A DNA stretch of 56,963 nt, from positions 1-56,963 of the forward strand of contig JAJZVB010000001.1 of assembly GCA_021845885.1 (NCBI GenBank), in the 5' to 3' direction. The notes beneath the pieces were generated by a model. It saw only the letters and a list, made by a program, of their open reading frames with translations, had not been told where the DNA came from and made no database searches. The DNA comes from Pseudomonadota bacterium. GTDB taxonomy: Bacteria; Pseudomonadota; Gammaproteobacteria; Burkholderiales; JABEVD01. The translations under genes and the position numbers were made by a program. Of the stretch, positions 28,060 through 38,388 are shown piece after piece. Position 1 is the stretch's first letter. Every line of letters starts with the position of its first letter.

Positions 28060-29075
28060 GCCGCCCATTTTTCGTCCTCCGGGGCGGAATAAACCAGGCG
28101 TTGATTCTTCGCCCCCAGTTCGTTGAAAAAAGCGTCGATGTAATCGAGCTGTTCCTGGCAGGACTGGATCTGGTTCATGGCATGCCTGAACTGGGCCGAA
28201 CCCACCAGTCCCTTCGTGTACCAGGAGATATGCTTTCTCGCGACGCGCACTCCGGTCGATTCGCCGTAAAATCCGAAGAGATCCTGAAGATGCTGCTTCA
28301 GGATGAAGTGGATTTCCGAAACCTCAGGTTGGGGAAGATTTTCCCCGGTTTCGAGATAGTGGGAGATTTCCCGGAATATCCAGGGCCTTCCCTGGGCTGC
28401 CCGGCCGATCATCAGGGCGTCCGCCCCGGTTTTTTCGAGCACATGTTTCGCCTTTTCCGGGGAAGTGATGTCCCCGTTTGCGATCACGGGAATACCGATT
28501 TCGGCCTTGACCAGGGCGATCGTGTCGTATTCCGCGTTCCCCGTATAACCGCAGGCACGCGTCCTGCCGTGAATGGCGAGCGCCTGGATGCCCGCATTCT
28601 CGGCGATTTTCGCGATCTTCAAGGCATTGCGGCTCTCCCTGTCCCATCCCGTCCTGATTTTCAGGGTGACAGGCACGTCCACCGCATTGACGACGGCATC
28701 GAGGATTTTTTCGACAAGGGGTTCATTCTGCAAGAGCGCGGATCCCGCCATCACGTTGCAAATTTTCTTGGCCGGGCAGCCCATGTTGATGTCGATGACC
28801 TGTGCGCCGTTGCCGACATTGTATCTGGCCGCGTCTGCCATCATGGCGGGATCGGCCCCGGCAATCTGCACGGAAATCGGCTCGACTTCCCCTTCGTGGT
28901 TCGCGCGTCTTCTGGTCTTGTCGCTTCCCCAGAGCAGCGAATTGCTGGAAACCATTTCGGATACGGCCATGCCCGCTCCCATCGCCTTGCAAAGCTGGCG
29001 GAAAGGCCTGTCCGTGACGCCAGCCATGGGGGCGACGATCAGGTTGTTTCTGAACTGGTAAGGGCCGATTCTCAC
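28056..29075 (-). CDS. dusB: tRNA-dihydrouridine synthase B
   Basis: RIGPYQFRNNLIVAPMAGVTDRPFR and INMGCPAKK motifs. I prefer the GTG at 29075 because it avoids overlap with ubiH. An ATG at 29177 is possible, and the track start at 29285 is probably too long. Confidence 0.88.
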   Translation of the reverse strand: MRIGPYQFRNNLIVAPMAGVTDRPFRQLCKAMGAGMAVSEMVSSNSLLWGSDKTRRRANHEGEVEPISVQIAGADPAMMADAARYNVGNGAQVIDINMGCPAKKICNVMAGSALLQNEPLVEKILDAVVNAVDVPVTLKIRTGWDRESRNALKIAKIAENAGIQALAIHGRTRACGYTGNAEYDTIALVKAEIGIPVIANGDITSPEKAKHVLEKTGADALMIGRAAQGRPWIFREISHYLETGENLPQPEVSEIHFILKQHLQDLFGFYGESTGVRVARKHISWYTKGLVGSAQFRHAMNQIQSCQEQLDYIDAFFNELGAKNQRLVYSAPEDEKWAA

Positions 29076-29125
29076 GGGTGCATTTTTCGAGAAAAAGACG
29101 TCATTGTAAACTTTTCCAGGTTCTT

Positions 29126-30295
29126 TCACAAAATGGAACCGGTACGGATGCCGAACATCATTTTCCTCGAAAACCATTTCCTGAAGGGGGGAAGGCAGTC
29201 CATGGAAGCCAGGGCCATTCCGCGCCCCATGCGCAGCGGGGAAATTTCGTTGGAAAAAATCCTGATCAGCGAGTCGGTGAAGCATATTCCGCTTTCCCGG
29301 TCCATCTTGCGCATGCCGGCATAATTTCCGAGCATGGCTCCAGAACCGATTTCTTCAGCCCCCATGACGACCCTTGAAAGCGTTGCGACATCGCGCAGGC
29401 CGAGGTTGAGTCCCTGCCCCGATACCGGATGCAGGGTTTGCGAAGCATTGCCGATCAGGGCGAGATGCTTCGATACGGAAGGGGTGGCGTATTTGAGCAC
29501 GAGCGGAAAGCCCGACATGGCCCCCGCATCGACGAATTCCCCCAGCCTTCCACCGAAGTGATCGTGCAGTTTTTCAAGGAATTTTTCCTTTTCCAGCGAG
29601 AGTATTTCACGGGCCGTTTCCGGGCTTGTCGTCCATACGAGGGAGAAGCCGTCCCGGCAGGGGAGCAATGCCAGCGGCCCTTCCGGCGTGAAGCGCTCAT
29701 AGGCGGTGTTTCCATGGGGCTTTTCGGTCCTGACCTGTCCGATGATCGCCCACTGGCCGTATTCCCGACTGTCCAGGCTTATCCCCTTCACATGCTCGAC
29801 GAGCTTCCCTCCGTCAGCCATCACGACGAGCTTCGCCGCGATACGCCTGCGCTGGCCTTGATAGTCGAAATCGACAACGCCCTCTTCTTCGGAAAGGTCG
29901 ATTTCGCCTGCGCAGGCGCCTTCCAGATAGGTTTCCGTATCCAGTCCCGAAACGAGCGCACGGTGAATGTCCGGATAGCTGACGACATAGCCCAGCGAAG
30001 GCACGCCCGATTCTTCAGCCGTCAGCACCGTTCTGCCGAATCCCCCTTTTTGGGAGACATGGATGGTATTGATGGGGGTCGCGTCGTGAATGCCTTGCCA
30101 GGCGCGTATGCGCTCGAGAAACAGTTTGCTGCCATAGGAAAGGGCGAGCATCCTCGGGTCCGGTGCGGGGGAGGATCTGGCTTCGAGCACCGTGACTGAA
30201 ACGGGAGATCCCTGCAGGGAAAGCGCGAGAGCGGCCCCCACGGGCCCTCCGCCTATGACGAGGACATCGATCCTTTCGCTCATGAGGCCATCCAC
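29126..30295 (-). CDS. ubiH: UbiH/UbiF/VisC-family FAD-dependent ubiquinone-biosynthesis hydroxylase
   Basis: FAD fingerprint IDVLVIGGGPVGAALAL and the GNASQTLHPVSGQGLNLGLRD motif. It follows pepP, as in the conserved pepP-ubiH arrangement. Confidence 0.85.
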   Translation of the reverse strand: MDGLMSERIDVLVIGGGPVGAALALSLQGSPVSVTVLEARSSPAPDPRMLALSYGSKLFLERIRAWQGIHDATPINTIHVSQKGGFGRTVLTAEESGVPSLGYVVSYPDIHRALVSGLDTETYLEGACAGEIDLSEEEGVVDFDYQGQRRRIAAKLVVMADGGKLVEHVKGISLDSREYGQWAIIGQVRTEKPHGNTAYERFTPEGPLALLPCRDGFSLVWTTSPETAREILSLEKEKFLEKLHDHFGGRLGEFVDAGAMSGFPLVLKYATPSVSKHLALIGNASQTLHPVSGQGLNLGLRDVATLSRVVMGAEEIGSGAMLGNYAGMRKMDRESGICFTDSLIRIFSNEISPLRMGRGMALASMDCLPPFRKWFSRKMMFGIRTGSIL

Positions 30296-31569
30296 TCCTC
30301 GATTTCGGACACGGTTTTCGGCGCTTCCAGGCTCAGGATTTCATGCCCGTTTGTCGTCACATGGACGTCGTCCTCGATGCGTATCCCGATGTTCCAGAAG
30401 CATTCCGGAACGCCTTCCGCAGGCCTGACGTAGCACCCGGGTTCCACGGTGAGCACCATCCCCGGCTCGAGCATGCGCCAGTTTCCCCCGGTCTTGTAGC
30501 TTCCGGCGTCATGCACGTCGAGCCCCAGCCAGTGCCCGGTCCTGTGCATGTAGAATCGCCTGTAGTCGCCGGATTCGATCACGTCATCCACGCTCCCCTT
30601 GCACAGTCCGAGATCGACGAACCCTTGCGCCAAAATCCGCACGGCCGCATCGTGAGGGCTCTGCCAGGAAGCCCCGGGTTTCACTTCCGAAAGCGCTGCC
30701 GCCTGGGCTTTCAAAACCAGTTCGTAGATTTCCTTCTGTTCGGGCGTGAATTTCCCGTTGACCGGAAAGGTTCGGGTGATGTCCGAAGCATAGCCGTCCA
30801 GTTCGCATCCCGCATCGATCAGCAGGAGATCTCCCGACTTCAACACCGCATTGTTGTCGACATAATGCAGGATGCAGGCATTGCCCCCTCCCGCCACGAT
30901 CGGCGTGTAGGAAGGCGCCTGGGCGCCGTTTCTCCGGAATTCCCCGAGCAGTTCGGCTTCGACCCCATATTCCATCATGCCGGGCCTTGCCGATTTCATC
31001 GCGATGCGGTGCGCGCTTGAGGCGATGGAAGCCGCGCGCCTCATGATTCGGATTTCATGATCGTCCTTGATGAGCCGCATTTCGTCGATTTCAGGGCGGA
31101 TATCCCGGATTTCGGAAGGGGATGAAATTCCGCTTCTGACCAGGTTCCTCACCGCATTCAGCGCCGAAAGCACCCTCCCGTCCCATTTCTCGTCCGCCCC
31201 CAGGGGATAATGGACGGCAGGCTGGTCGGCGAGGTATTTGGGGAGCAGGTCTTCGAATTCCGATATCGGATGGGTTTCGTCGAAAAGGAAAACTTCCTTT
31301 GCCTTTTCAGGCCCGAACCGGTAGCCGTCCCAGATTTCGCGATCGGGATCCTTTTCCCTGCAGAAAAGAATGCTCTTTCCCGAAGCCATGACGAGCACGG
31401 AATCGGGTTCCTGAAATCCGGTCAGATAGTAGAAATAGCTGTCGAACCGGTAAGGATAATGCGAATCCCGGTTGCGGACAGGATGGCCTGACGTGGGCAG
31501 GATCACGACGCCTTCTGATTTTTCGAGAAGGCGTCTTCTTCTTTCCAGATGGACGGAATATTCTTTCAT
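30280..31569 (-). CDS. pepP: Xaa-Pro aminopeptidase
   Basis: M24B motifs DAGCELDGYASDITRTFP, HRTGHWLGLDVHD and EPGCY...IGIRIEDD. Confidence 0.93.
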   Translation of the reverse strand: MKEYSVHLERRRRLLEKSEGVVILPTSGHPVRNRDSHYPYRFDSYFYYLTGFQEPDSVLVMASGKSILFCREKDPDREIWDGYRFGPEKAKEVFLFDETHPISEFEDLLPKYLADQPAVHYPLGADEKWDGRVLSALNAVRNLVRSGISSPSEIRDIRPEIDEMRLIKDDHEIRIMRRAASIASSAHRIAMKSARPGMMEYGVEAELLGEFRRNGAQAPSYTPIVAGGGNACILHYVDNNAVLKSGDLLLIDAGCELDGYASDITRTFPVNGKFTPEQKEIYELVLKAQAAALSEVKPGASWQSPHDAAVRILAQGFVDLGLCKGSVDDVIESGDYRRFYMHRTGHWLGLDVHDAGSYKTGGNWRMLEPGMVLTVEPGCYVRPAEGVPECFWNIGIRIEDDVHVTTNGHEILSLEAPKTVSEIEEWMAS

Positions 31570-32231
31570 GATCCGATTTTATCACCAGAATTGAGTTGGA
31601 AGAGGCGCTCCGGCGTTCCGACATCGACCCAGATTCCTCCGTGGCGAATGCCCGTGACTTTTCCGCCCTGAATCGCGTCTTTCAGGAGATCCCCCAGCTT
31701 CGCCGCCTGCCCCGGATGGATTCCGGTGAAAAGTTCGGGGCGGTACACGCCGATCCCGCTGAAGGTCAGCGTTTTCCCCCAGGCCGGCAATACTTTTCCT
31801 TTGCAAAGCGAGAAATCCCCTTCGGGATGGTGTCCGGGATTGTCGACCAGAACGAGATGGGCGAGCATCGATTCAAGGGGGGAACGGTTTAGCCTTGAAT
31901 AATCGAAGTCGCAATAAATGTCCGAATTCACGGCCAGGAAGGGCGACTTCCCGAGAAGATGGATCGCGTTGGCGATTCCGCCTGCGGTCTCGAGCGCTTT
32001 CTCCTCGCAAGAATAAAGGATGCTGACGCCGCAGCATCGGCCGTCTCCCAGCTTTTTCTCGATCTGGTCGCCGAGATGGGCGAGATTGATCACGATTTCC
32101 CTGATCCCCGATCTGACCAGGGATTCGATCTGCCAGACGATCAAGGGCTTTCCCCTGACTTCGAGAAGCGGCTTCGGAATGCTGTCCGTCAGGGGGCGCA
32201 TCCTTTCTCCGCGCCCGGCGGCAAGAATCAT
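31566..32231 (-). CDS. murU: N-acetylmuramate alpha-1-phosphate uridylyltransferase (MurU-like nucleotidyltransferase)
   Basis: MILAAGRGERMRPLTDSIPKPLL begins at the internal Met (32231) of track ORF 31566..32537. It lies 5 nt after the amgK-like stop. Confidence 0.8.
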   Translation of the reverse strand: MILAAGRGERMRPLTDSIPKPLLEVRGKPLIVWQIESLVRSGIREIVINLAHLGDQIEKKLGDGRCCGVSILYSCEEKALETAGGIANAIHLLGKSPFLAVNSDIYCDFDYSRLNRSPLESMLAHLVLVDNPGHHPEGDFSLCKGKVLPAWGKTLTFSGIGVYRPELFTGIHPGQAAKLGDLLKDAIQGGKVTGIRHGGIWVDVGTPERLFQLNSGDKIGS

Positions 32232-32236
32232 CGCCT

Positions 32237-33214
32237 TCAAAACGTGGTTCTCGCTTCCATTTTTTCGACGAGGCGCAGCAGGGGGGAAAGTTCCGCATAA
32301 CGCGCGCAGGTCTTCTTCAGATAGGAAAGGACGAGCGGAATGTCTTCGAGATACCGGGCCTTTCCGTCGCGATGATGAAGTCGGGAAAAGATTCCGGCGA
32401 CCTTGAGCTGTCTTTGCGCGCCCATCCATTCGAAATCCCGGTAGAATTCGGCGAAATCGGAATGGACGGGAAGCCCGGCTTTCCTGGCTTTTTCCCAGTA
32501 GCGGATCACCCAGTCGAGTACTTTCTCCTCTTCCCATCCGATGTAGGCATCCCTGAAAAGGGAGACGAGATCGTAAGTGATGGGGCCGTAGACTGCGTCC
32601 TGGAAATCGAGAATGCCGGGGTTCGGTTCGGTCACCATCAGGTTGCGCGAATGATAATCGCGGTGGACATAGACTTTCGGCTGTGAAAGGGCGTTTTCGA
32701 GTATCCTGGAAAAGACCGTTTCAAGCATCGCTTCCTTTTCCTTCCCGATCTCCAGGCCTAGGTGCCGCTCCAGATACCATTCACGGAAAAGACGCATTTC
32801 CCTGAGAAGGAGGGTTTCGTCATATTCGGGAAGGATGCCGGGGCGGCTCGCCAGCTGGATTTTGATGAGCGAATCCGTTGCATCCCTGTAGAGGAGATCG
32901 GCACTGTTCTCATCCAATGCGTCGAGATAAGTGGTGTTTCCCATGTCCGAGAGGAGGAGGAGCCCTTTCCCGAGATCCCGAGAGATCACCTTGGGCAGAT
33001 GGACTCCGGCTTCCGAGAAGAGCTGCGCGATTTTCAGGAAAGGGCGGCAGTCCTCGCGGGAAGGCGGGGCATCCATCACGATGAGGGTGGAGTCGGGAAA
33101 GCTTGCCCGGAAATAGCGGCGGAAGCTCGCGTCGGAAGAGGCGGATCGGAGGGAGAATGTTTTTTCAGGAAACTGCTCATTCAGCCAGGTTTCGATAAGC
33201 TTTTGTCTTTCCAA
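32237..33214 (-). CDS. amgK: AmgK-like anomeric MurNAc/GlcNAc kinase (aminoglycoside phosphotransferase fold)
   Basis: APH-fold catalytic loop VYVHRDYHSRNLMV and DFQDAVYGP. It lies upstream of murU and divergent from lptD, as in pseudomonads. Confidence 0.75.
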   Translation of the reverse strand: MERQKLIETWLNEQFPEKTFSLRSASSDASFRRYFRASFPDSTLIVMDAPPSREDCRPFLKIAQLFSEAGVHLPKVISRDLGKGLLLLSDMGNTTYLDALDENSADLLYRDATDSLIKIQLASRPGILPEYDETLLLREMRLFREWYLERHLGLEIGKEKEAMLETVFSRILENALSQPKVYVHRDYHSRNLMVTEPNPGILDFQDAVYGPITYDLVSLFRDAYIGWEEEKVLDWVIRYWEKARKAGLPVHSDFAEFYRDFEWMGAQRQLKVAGIFSRLHHRDGKARYLEDIPLVLSYLKKTCARYAELSPLLRLVEKMEARTTF

Positions 33215-33282
33215 TTCGTCCGTCCGATTGCCATAATGGTGAAATTGTGAGATTTTATCACCAAACGATCAATCCAAACCCG

Positions 33283-35556
33283 ATGTACAATTTCAAACCC
33301 GTTTTCCTTTCCCTGCTGTGCCTGTTTCCCTGCTGTGCCTGCGCCGACGGAAGCGGGCTTTCCGAGGAAATGCTTTCGCCTTCGGGCAAGGAGGATCTCC
33401 CGATCTATATCAGGGCCGATCGCATAGCCGGGCATCAGGACAGGGATTTCGAGGCGACGGGACATGCCGAACTCAGGAAGCGCGGCCAATCCGTCCTGGC
33501 CGACTGGATAAAATATCTCAAAGCGAGCGACGAGGTCGAAGCCCGGGGGCATGTCCGCATCGAGCAGTACGGCAACATCATCACGGGGCCTGAGCTGCAG
33601 CTGCAGATCAACACCAATATCGGATACATGACGAAGCCCGAATACCGCCTCGAAGGGGTCAATGCGCAAGGTATGGCGGCGCGCGGTCATGCGGATCTGA
33701 TCGAATTCAAGGGTAAGGACAGGTACCGGCTGCACAAGGCGGTTTATACGACCTGTCCGGTGGGGAACGACGACTGGCTTTTGCGCGTGGGCGAGCTGGA
33801 TCTCGATCAGGAAAACCAGGTCGGCATAGCGCATGATGCGAGCATTTCCTTCAAGGGCACTCCTGTCCTTTATACGCCCTGGCTGGATTTTCCGACGGGG
33901 AACCGGAGGCGGTCCGGTTTTCTTGCGCCGATCTTAGGCAGCACGGCTTCGAGCGGCGAGGAAATCACCGTTCCCTATTACTGGAACATCGCGCCGAACT
34001 TCGATGCGACGATCGCGCCCCGCTTCCTGATGAAGCGCGGGGCGATGCTCAATACCGAATTCCGCTATCTCGAGCCGGACTATTCAGGCGAAGCTCATTT
34101 CAACGTGCTGCCCAGGGACGCCATCACCGGAAAGACGCGGGAGGAGATGAACCTTCTGCACAACCAGAGCTTCGGGAGCGGATGGTCGGGCGAACTGAAT
34201 CTGCAGCAGGTATCCGACAGTTATTATTACCTGGATCTTTCCCCCCTCGTGACCATGACTTCCCAGAGCGTATTGCCCAGGGAGGGGCATCTGACCTATG
34301 ACGGAGGATGGTGGAATTTCACGTCGAGGGTGCAGAATTATCAGACGCTTTCGAATCCGTTCGTGCCCGTTGTGGCGCCCTATGCCTCTTTGCCGCAATT
34401 GCAACTGAATGCATCGAAGGACGATCTGGCGGGGGCGAGCGTAGCGCTCAGCGCCGAATACGATGATTTCAGCCATCCGATTTTCGTCAACGGCAAAAGG
34501 CTTGTGCTCAACCCGAGCGTCAGCTTTCCGATACGCAGTTCAGCGGCTTTTTTTACGCCGAAAATAGGACTGCACAGCGCGAGCTATTCGCTCGGTACGA
34601 ACAATACCCAGGGGCTGCCCAATTCTTCGATTGACATTCCGTACGCCAGTCTCGACAGCGGACTTTATTTCGAGCGCAACAATCCTGTTGCCGGCCAGGA
34701 CTTGATCCAGACACTTGAACCCAGGATTTATTATCTTTACGTTCCTTACAGGAACCAGAACAACCTGCCGAATTTCGATTCAGCTCCGATGGATTTCAAT
34801 TATGCGCAGATGTTCACGGAAAACCAGTTCAGTGGAAACGACAGATTCAGCGATGCGAACCAGTTAACTCTGGCCCTGACTACAAGGTACATCGAGGAGA
34901 AAACAGGAGACGAGCGCCTGAGGATGACGATAGCGCAGCGCATTTATCTTCAGTCGCCCCAATTGATCCCGGTGACGACGTCCACATCGGACATCATCGC
35001 GACCATCGGCGGTGCGATAAGCCAGAAAGTGAGCGTGGACAGCTATCTCCAGTACAACCCCGGCAACTGGCAGGCGCAATTCATCAGTCTTTATGCGCAT
35101 TATCAGCCTGAATTCGGCAAGCTGCTCAACCTGGGCTATCTCTACAATCGCACCATCCTTCCGCTTTCCTCCTACGCCTACGGCACGCCCAATACTCTTG
35201 CCCTGACGAATGCGTTGCCTGCGGCAGTGCTCGCCCAGGGTTATGCGCTTAACCAGGTCGATCTTTCCGGGCAGTGGCCCTTGACGGCGCGGTGGCATGG
35301 CGTGGGCAGATGGGATTATTCGCTGGCCAACAGGCAGTTGATCGAAGGGACTGCAGGTGTCGAATATGATGCCGATTGCTGGGCATTGCGCATTGTCACC
35401 AAACGTTTCGCGATCGCCTACCAGGAGACGGCGAGCGCCTTCTTCGTCCAGCTCGAGCTCAACGGCATGGCCAGAATCGGATCGGATCCGCTGGATTCGC
35501 TCAGGACGAGCATTCCCGGGTTCACCAAAACCAATATTCAGCCCACCTCAGATTGA
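33283..35556 (+). CDS. lptD: LPS-assembly outer-membrane protein LptD
   Basis: Signal peptide MYNFKPVFLSLLCLFPCCACA, an OstA-like N-terminal domain (IYIRADRIAGHQDRDFEATGHAELRK) and a large C-terminal barrel. The track start at 33247 is an alternative. Confidence 0.92.
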   Translation: MYNFKPVFLSLLCLFPCCACADGSGLSEEMLSPSGKEDLPIYIRADRIAGHQDRDFEATGHAELRKRGQSVLADWIKYLKASDEVEARGHVRIEQYGNIITGPELQLQINTNIGYMTKPEYRLEGVNAQGMAARGHADLIEFKGKDRYRLHKAVYTTCPVGNDDWLLRVGELDLDQENQVGIAHDASISFKGTPVLYTPWLDFPTGNRRRSGFLAPILGSTASSGEEITVPYYWNIAPNFDATIAPRFLMKRGAMLNTEFRYLEPDYSGEAHFNVLPRDAITGKTREEMNLLHNQSFGSGWSGELNLQQVSDSYYYLDLSPLVTMTSQSVLPREGHLTYDGGWWNFTSRVQNYQTLSNPFVPVVAPYASLPQLQLNASKDDLAGASVALSAEYDDFSHPIFVNGKRLVLNPSVSFPIRSSAAFFTPKIGLHSASYSLGTNNTQGLPNSSIDIPYASLDSGLYFERNNPVAGQDLIQTLEPRIYYLYVPYRNQNNLPNFDSAPMDFNYAQMFTENQFSGNDRFSDANQLTLALTTRYIEEKTGDERLRMTIAQRIYLQSPQLIPVTTSTSDIIATIGGAISQKVSVDSYLQYNPGNWQAQFISLYAHYQPEFGKLLNLGYLYNRTILPLSSYAYGTPNTLALTNALPAAVLAQGYALNQVDLSGQWPLTARWHGVGRWDYSLANRQLIEGTAGVEYDADCWALRIVTKRFAIAYQETASAFFVQLELNGMARIGSDPLDSLRTSIPGFTKTNIQPTSD

Positions 35557-36333
35557 TTTGACCGCCCTTGCGACGACCCAGGCGCTGACTTCCCCCGCGC
35601 CCTGCCCGTGCAGCATTCTCGCCAGTTCGTTGATGGTCGAGCCCGTGGTCATGACGTCGTCCAAGACGGCGACATGGCTGGAGTCGAATTTCAGCTCGCA
35701 GGCAAAGGCATCTCTGACATTTTTCTCGCGTTCCTTCCAGGGGAGCGAGGTCTGTGAAGGCGTATCCCTGATTTTCCGGGATTCGATCATGGCTATGCCC
35801 GTTTTCCTTGAGGCGATTTTTCCGATTTCGATGGCCTGATTGAATCCGCGTTCGCGCAATTTTGCAGGATGCATGGGAACGGGCATGATGAAATCGGGCC
35901 TCGGGAATCCTTTCGAAGCCTCGACCAGCATTTTTGCAAAGGTCGATGCGAGGGCGAGATTGCCCTGATATTTCAGGGACTGCATCAGCGCATCGACAGG
36001 AAATTCATAGCTGAGAATGGCCAGGGTTCGGGAAAAATGGGGCGGCCTCGCGAGGCAGGCTCCGCAAATCGGGCTGACCGAAGGATTCGAACAAATCCTG
36101 CATCGCTTTTCCGGCAAATGAGGCAGATGGTCGAGACAATCCCCGCAGAGGTTTTCAGGACCCGAATAGGCGCCGCAAAGCAGGCAGTCGGCGCCGAAAG
36201 CGTTTTGAATGAAATTTATGCAATTGTTCAAAAAAATTTCTCCGAAATTTGACAATTTTGCGTCCCATCGTCGATGATGGTTGCATGTTAGGACATGGAT
36301 GGAGGATTCGTTGGAGAAGAACTGGTCGGTCAA
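35548..36333 (-). CDS. comF: ComF-family protein (phosphoribosyltransferase fold)
   Basis: N-terminal Cys pairs (CLLCG...CGDC, CRIC...CGAC) and the C-terminal PRT motif [14 protein letters not shown]. The true start may be the TTG at 36231 (~227 aa) rather than the ATG at 36333. Confidence 0.8.
   Translation of the reverse strand: MTDQFFSNESSIHVLTCNHHRRWDAKLSNFGEIFLNNCINFIQNAFGADCLLCGAYSGPENLCGDCLDHLPHLPEKRCRICSNPSVSPICGACLARPPHFSRTLAILSYEFPVDALMQSLKYQGNLALASTFAKMLVEASKGFPRPDFIMPVPMHPAKLRERGFNQAIEIGKIASRKTGIAMIESRKIRDTPSQTSLPWKEREKNVRDAFACELKFDSSHVAVLDDVMTTGSTINELARMLHGQGAGEVSAWVVARAVKSI
36224..36255. promoter_or_regulatory. Imperfect nested palindrome in the comF/bioB divergent region (possible BirA operator)
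   Basis: TTGTTCAAA (36224..36232), a 15-nt spacer, then TTTGACAA (36248..36255). Inside it sits the perfect inner palindrome aaatttc-tcc-gaaattt (36234..36250). The outer TTGT...ACAA half-sites with a 15-nt spacer recall E. coli bioO. Confidence 0.3.
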
Positions 36334-37249
36334 GGAAGTATTGGAATTGTTCGGGTTGCCTTTCAGCGACCTGATCTACAGGGCTCAATGCGTGCATCGG
36401 GCGCATTTCGATCCCAACATGATCCAGCTTTCCACGCTGATCTCGATCAAGACAGGCGGATGCCCGGAGGATTGCGGCTATTGCTCACAGTCCGCGCGGC
36501 ATCCCACGGCGGTGGAAAATCGGCCCATGCTTTCGAAAGAGGAAGTCGTGGCTGCAGCGAAGCTCGCCATGGAAAACGGCGCCACCCGCTTCTGCATGGG
36601 AGCGGCGTGGCGCGGGCCGAAACAGCGCGATCTCGATGCCGTTTCCGATATGGTCAGGGCCGTGAAGGCACTCGGGCTGGAGACCTGCGCAACGCTGGGA
36701 CTATTGAAGGAAGGGCAGGCCGAGCAGCTCAAGGAGGCGGGGCTCGACTACTACAACCACAACATCGACACGTCCGCCAGCCATTACGACGAAATCATAT
36801 CCACGAGGGATTATGGGGACAGGCTGGATACGCTCGAAAAAGTCAGGCATGCGGGAATGCATGTCTGCTGCGGGGCTATAGTGGGCATGGGCGAATCGAG
36901 GGAAGAACGTGCGGAATTGATCTCGGAGCTCGCCAATCAATCTCCCCAGCCCGAGAGCGTGCCTATAAACCACCTTGTCCAGATCGAGGGCACGCCGCTT
37001 TACGGAGCGGAACGTCTTGATCCACTCGAATTCGTGAGAACCATCGCTGCAGCCAGGATCACCATGCCGAAGAGCTTCGTCCGCCTTTCCGCAGGGCGCA
37101 ATGAAATGAGCGAATCGACCCAGGCATTGTGTTTTCTTGCCGGAGCGAATGCCATATTCTACGGCGAAAAGCTGCTGACCACCGGCAATCTGGAAGTCGG
37201 CAGGGACAGGGCGCTGCTGGACAAGCTCGGCATGCATGCGATGCCATGA
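36299..37249 (+). CDS. bioB: Biotin synthase
   Basis: Radical-SAM motif [16 protein letters not shown]. The N-terminus [18 protein letters not shown] aligns with E. coli BioB as I recall it. The track start at 36281 is an alternative. Confidence 0.95.
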   Translation: MEDSLEKNWSVKEVLELFGLPFSDLIYRAQCVHRAHFDPNMIQLSTLISIKTGGCPEDCGYCSQSARHPTAVENRPMLSKEEVVAAAKLAMENGATRFCMGAAWRGPKQRDLDAVSDMVRAVKALGLETCATLGLLKEGQAEQLKEAGLDYYNHNIDTSASHYDEIISTRDYGDRLDTLEKVRHAGMHVCCGAIVGMGESREERAELISELANQSPQPESVPINHLVQIEGTPLYGAERLDPLEFVRTIAAARITMPKSFVRLSAGRNEMSESTQALCFLAGANAIFYGEKLLTTGNLEVGRDRALLDKLGMHAMP

Positions 37250-38388
37250 CGGATTCTTTCGGGCAGGCGCTCGATTTTCTCGAAGAAAGCGGCCTCCGGC
37301 GCATCCGCCGTATACTGGAAGGATCCCAGGGTGCGCATGTCCTGGTCGATGGAAGGCGATTTGCGAGCTATTGCAGCAACGACTATCTGGGGCTCGCCCA
37401 TCATCCCGCCATGATTGAAGCGGCATGCGAAGGCGCAAGGCGATATGGCGTGGGGGCCGGCGCATCCCACCTGCTTTGCGGCCACAGCAAAGCCCATGAA
37501 GAGGCGGAAAGAAAGCTTGCCGAATTCGTCGGCCTGCCTGCATCGGTTCTTTTTTCCACGGGATACATGGCCAACATCGGGGCCGTGACGATGCTCGTCG
37601 GGCGCAATGATGCCATTTTTTGCGACAGGCTGAATCATGCCTCCCTCAACGATGCAGCCGTGCTTTCCAGGGCGAAGCTTTACCGCTATCCTCATCTCGA
37701 CATGGAAGCGCTCGAGTCATTTCTTGCAAAGGTAGGGGATAAAAGGAAGCTCGTTGCAACGGACGCCGTATTCAGCATGGATGGCGACATCGCTCCCGTT
37801 CCACAGCTGCTGGAACTTTGCGAAAAATACGATGCCTGGCTCCTTCTCGACGATGCGCATGGCTTCGGCGTGCTGGGCGAGGGCAGGGGCATTCTTTCCC
37901 ATTCTGGCGTTTCCTCTCCGAGAATCATTTATGTCGGAACGCTCGGCAAGGCTGCGGGGGTTTTTGGCGCGTTCGTCGCAGGAGAGCCTGGCATGGTGGA
38001 AATGCTCGTGCAGCGCGCAAGAAGCTACATTTATACGACAGCCCAGCCCCCCCTGCTTGCCGAAGCGATCCTCGCCAGTCTCGACCTGATAAAGACCGAA
38101 TCCTGGAGAAGGGCGCATCTTCATGAACTCGTAGGCTATTTCAAGTCGAAATTGGGCAACAGCCTCATGCCCTCGGATACGCCCATCCAGCCCTTCCCCG
38201 TGGGGGAAAACGGGGCCTGTCTGAATTTGAGTTCGAGGCTGGAGGAAAAAGGCATGCTCGTTCCGGCGATCCGCCCGCCCACGGTTCCCGTGAACCGCTC
38301 GAGGCTGAGGATCTCGCTTTCCGCCTCCCATGCTTTCGAGGATCTCGACCAATTGATTGCTGCCTTGAAAAATGAAATTGCATGTTGA
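37246..38388 (+). CDS. bioF: 8-amino-7-oxononanoate synthase
   Basis: The ATG at 37246 makes an ATGA overlap with the bioB stop. PLP-enzyme motifs SNDYLGL and [15 protein letters not shown]...GTLGKA. Confidence 0.92.
   Translation: MTDSFGQALDFLEESGLRRIRRILEGSQGAHVLVDGRRFASYCSNDYLGLAHHPAMIEAACEGARRYGVGAGASHLLCGHSKAHEEAERKLAEFVGLPASVLFSTGYMANIGAVTMLVGRNDAIFCDRLNHASLNDAAVLSRAKLYRYPHLDMEALESFLAKVGDKRKLVATDAVFSMDGDIAPVPQLLELCEKYDAWLLLDDAHGFGVLGEGRGILSHSGVSSPRIIYVGTLGKAAGVFGAFVAGEPGMVEMLVQRARSYIYTTAQPPLLAEAILASLDLIKTESWRRAHLHELVGYFKSKLGNSLMPSDTPIQPFPVGENGACLNLSSRLEEKGMLVPAIRPPTVPVNRSRLRISLSASHAFEDLDQLIAALKNEIAC

Noticed and set aside
24986-29324. Three long plus-strand ORFs (24986..26056, 26649..27818, 28101..29324)
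   Set aside because: They are antisense shadows of purD, purH and dusB respectively. All three minus-strand products carry canonical family motifs, whereas the plus-strand translations are low-complexity and Arg/Gly/His/Asp-rich.
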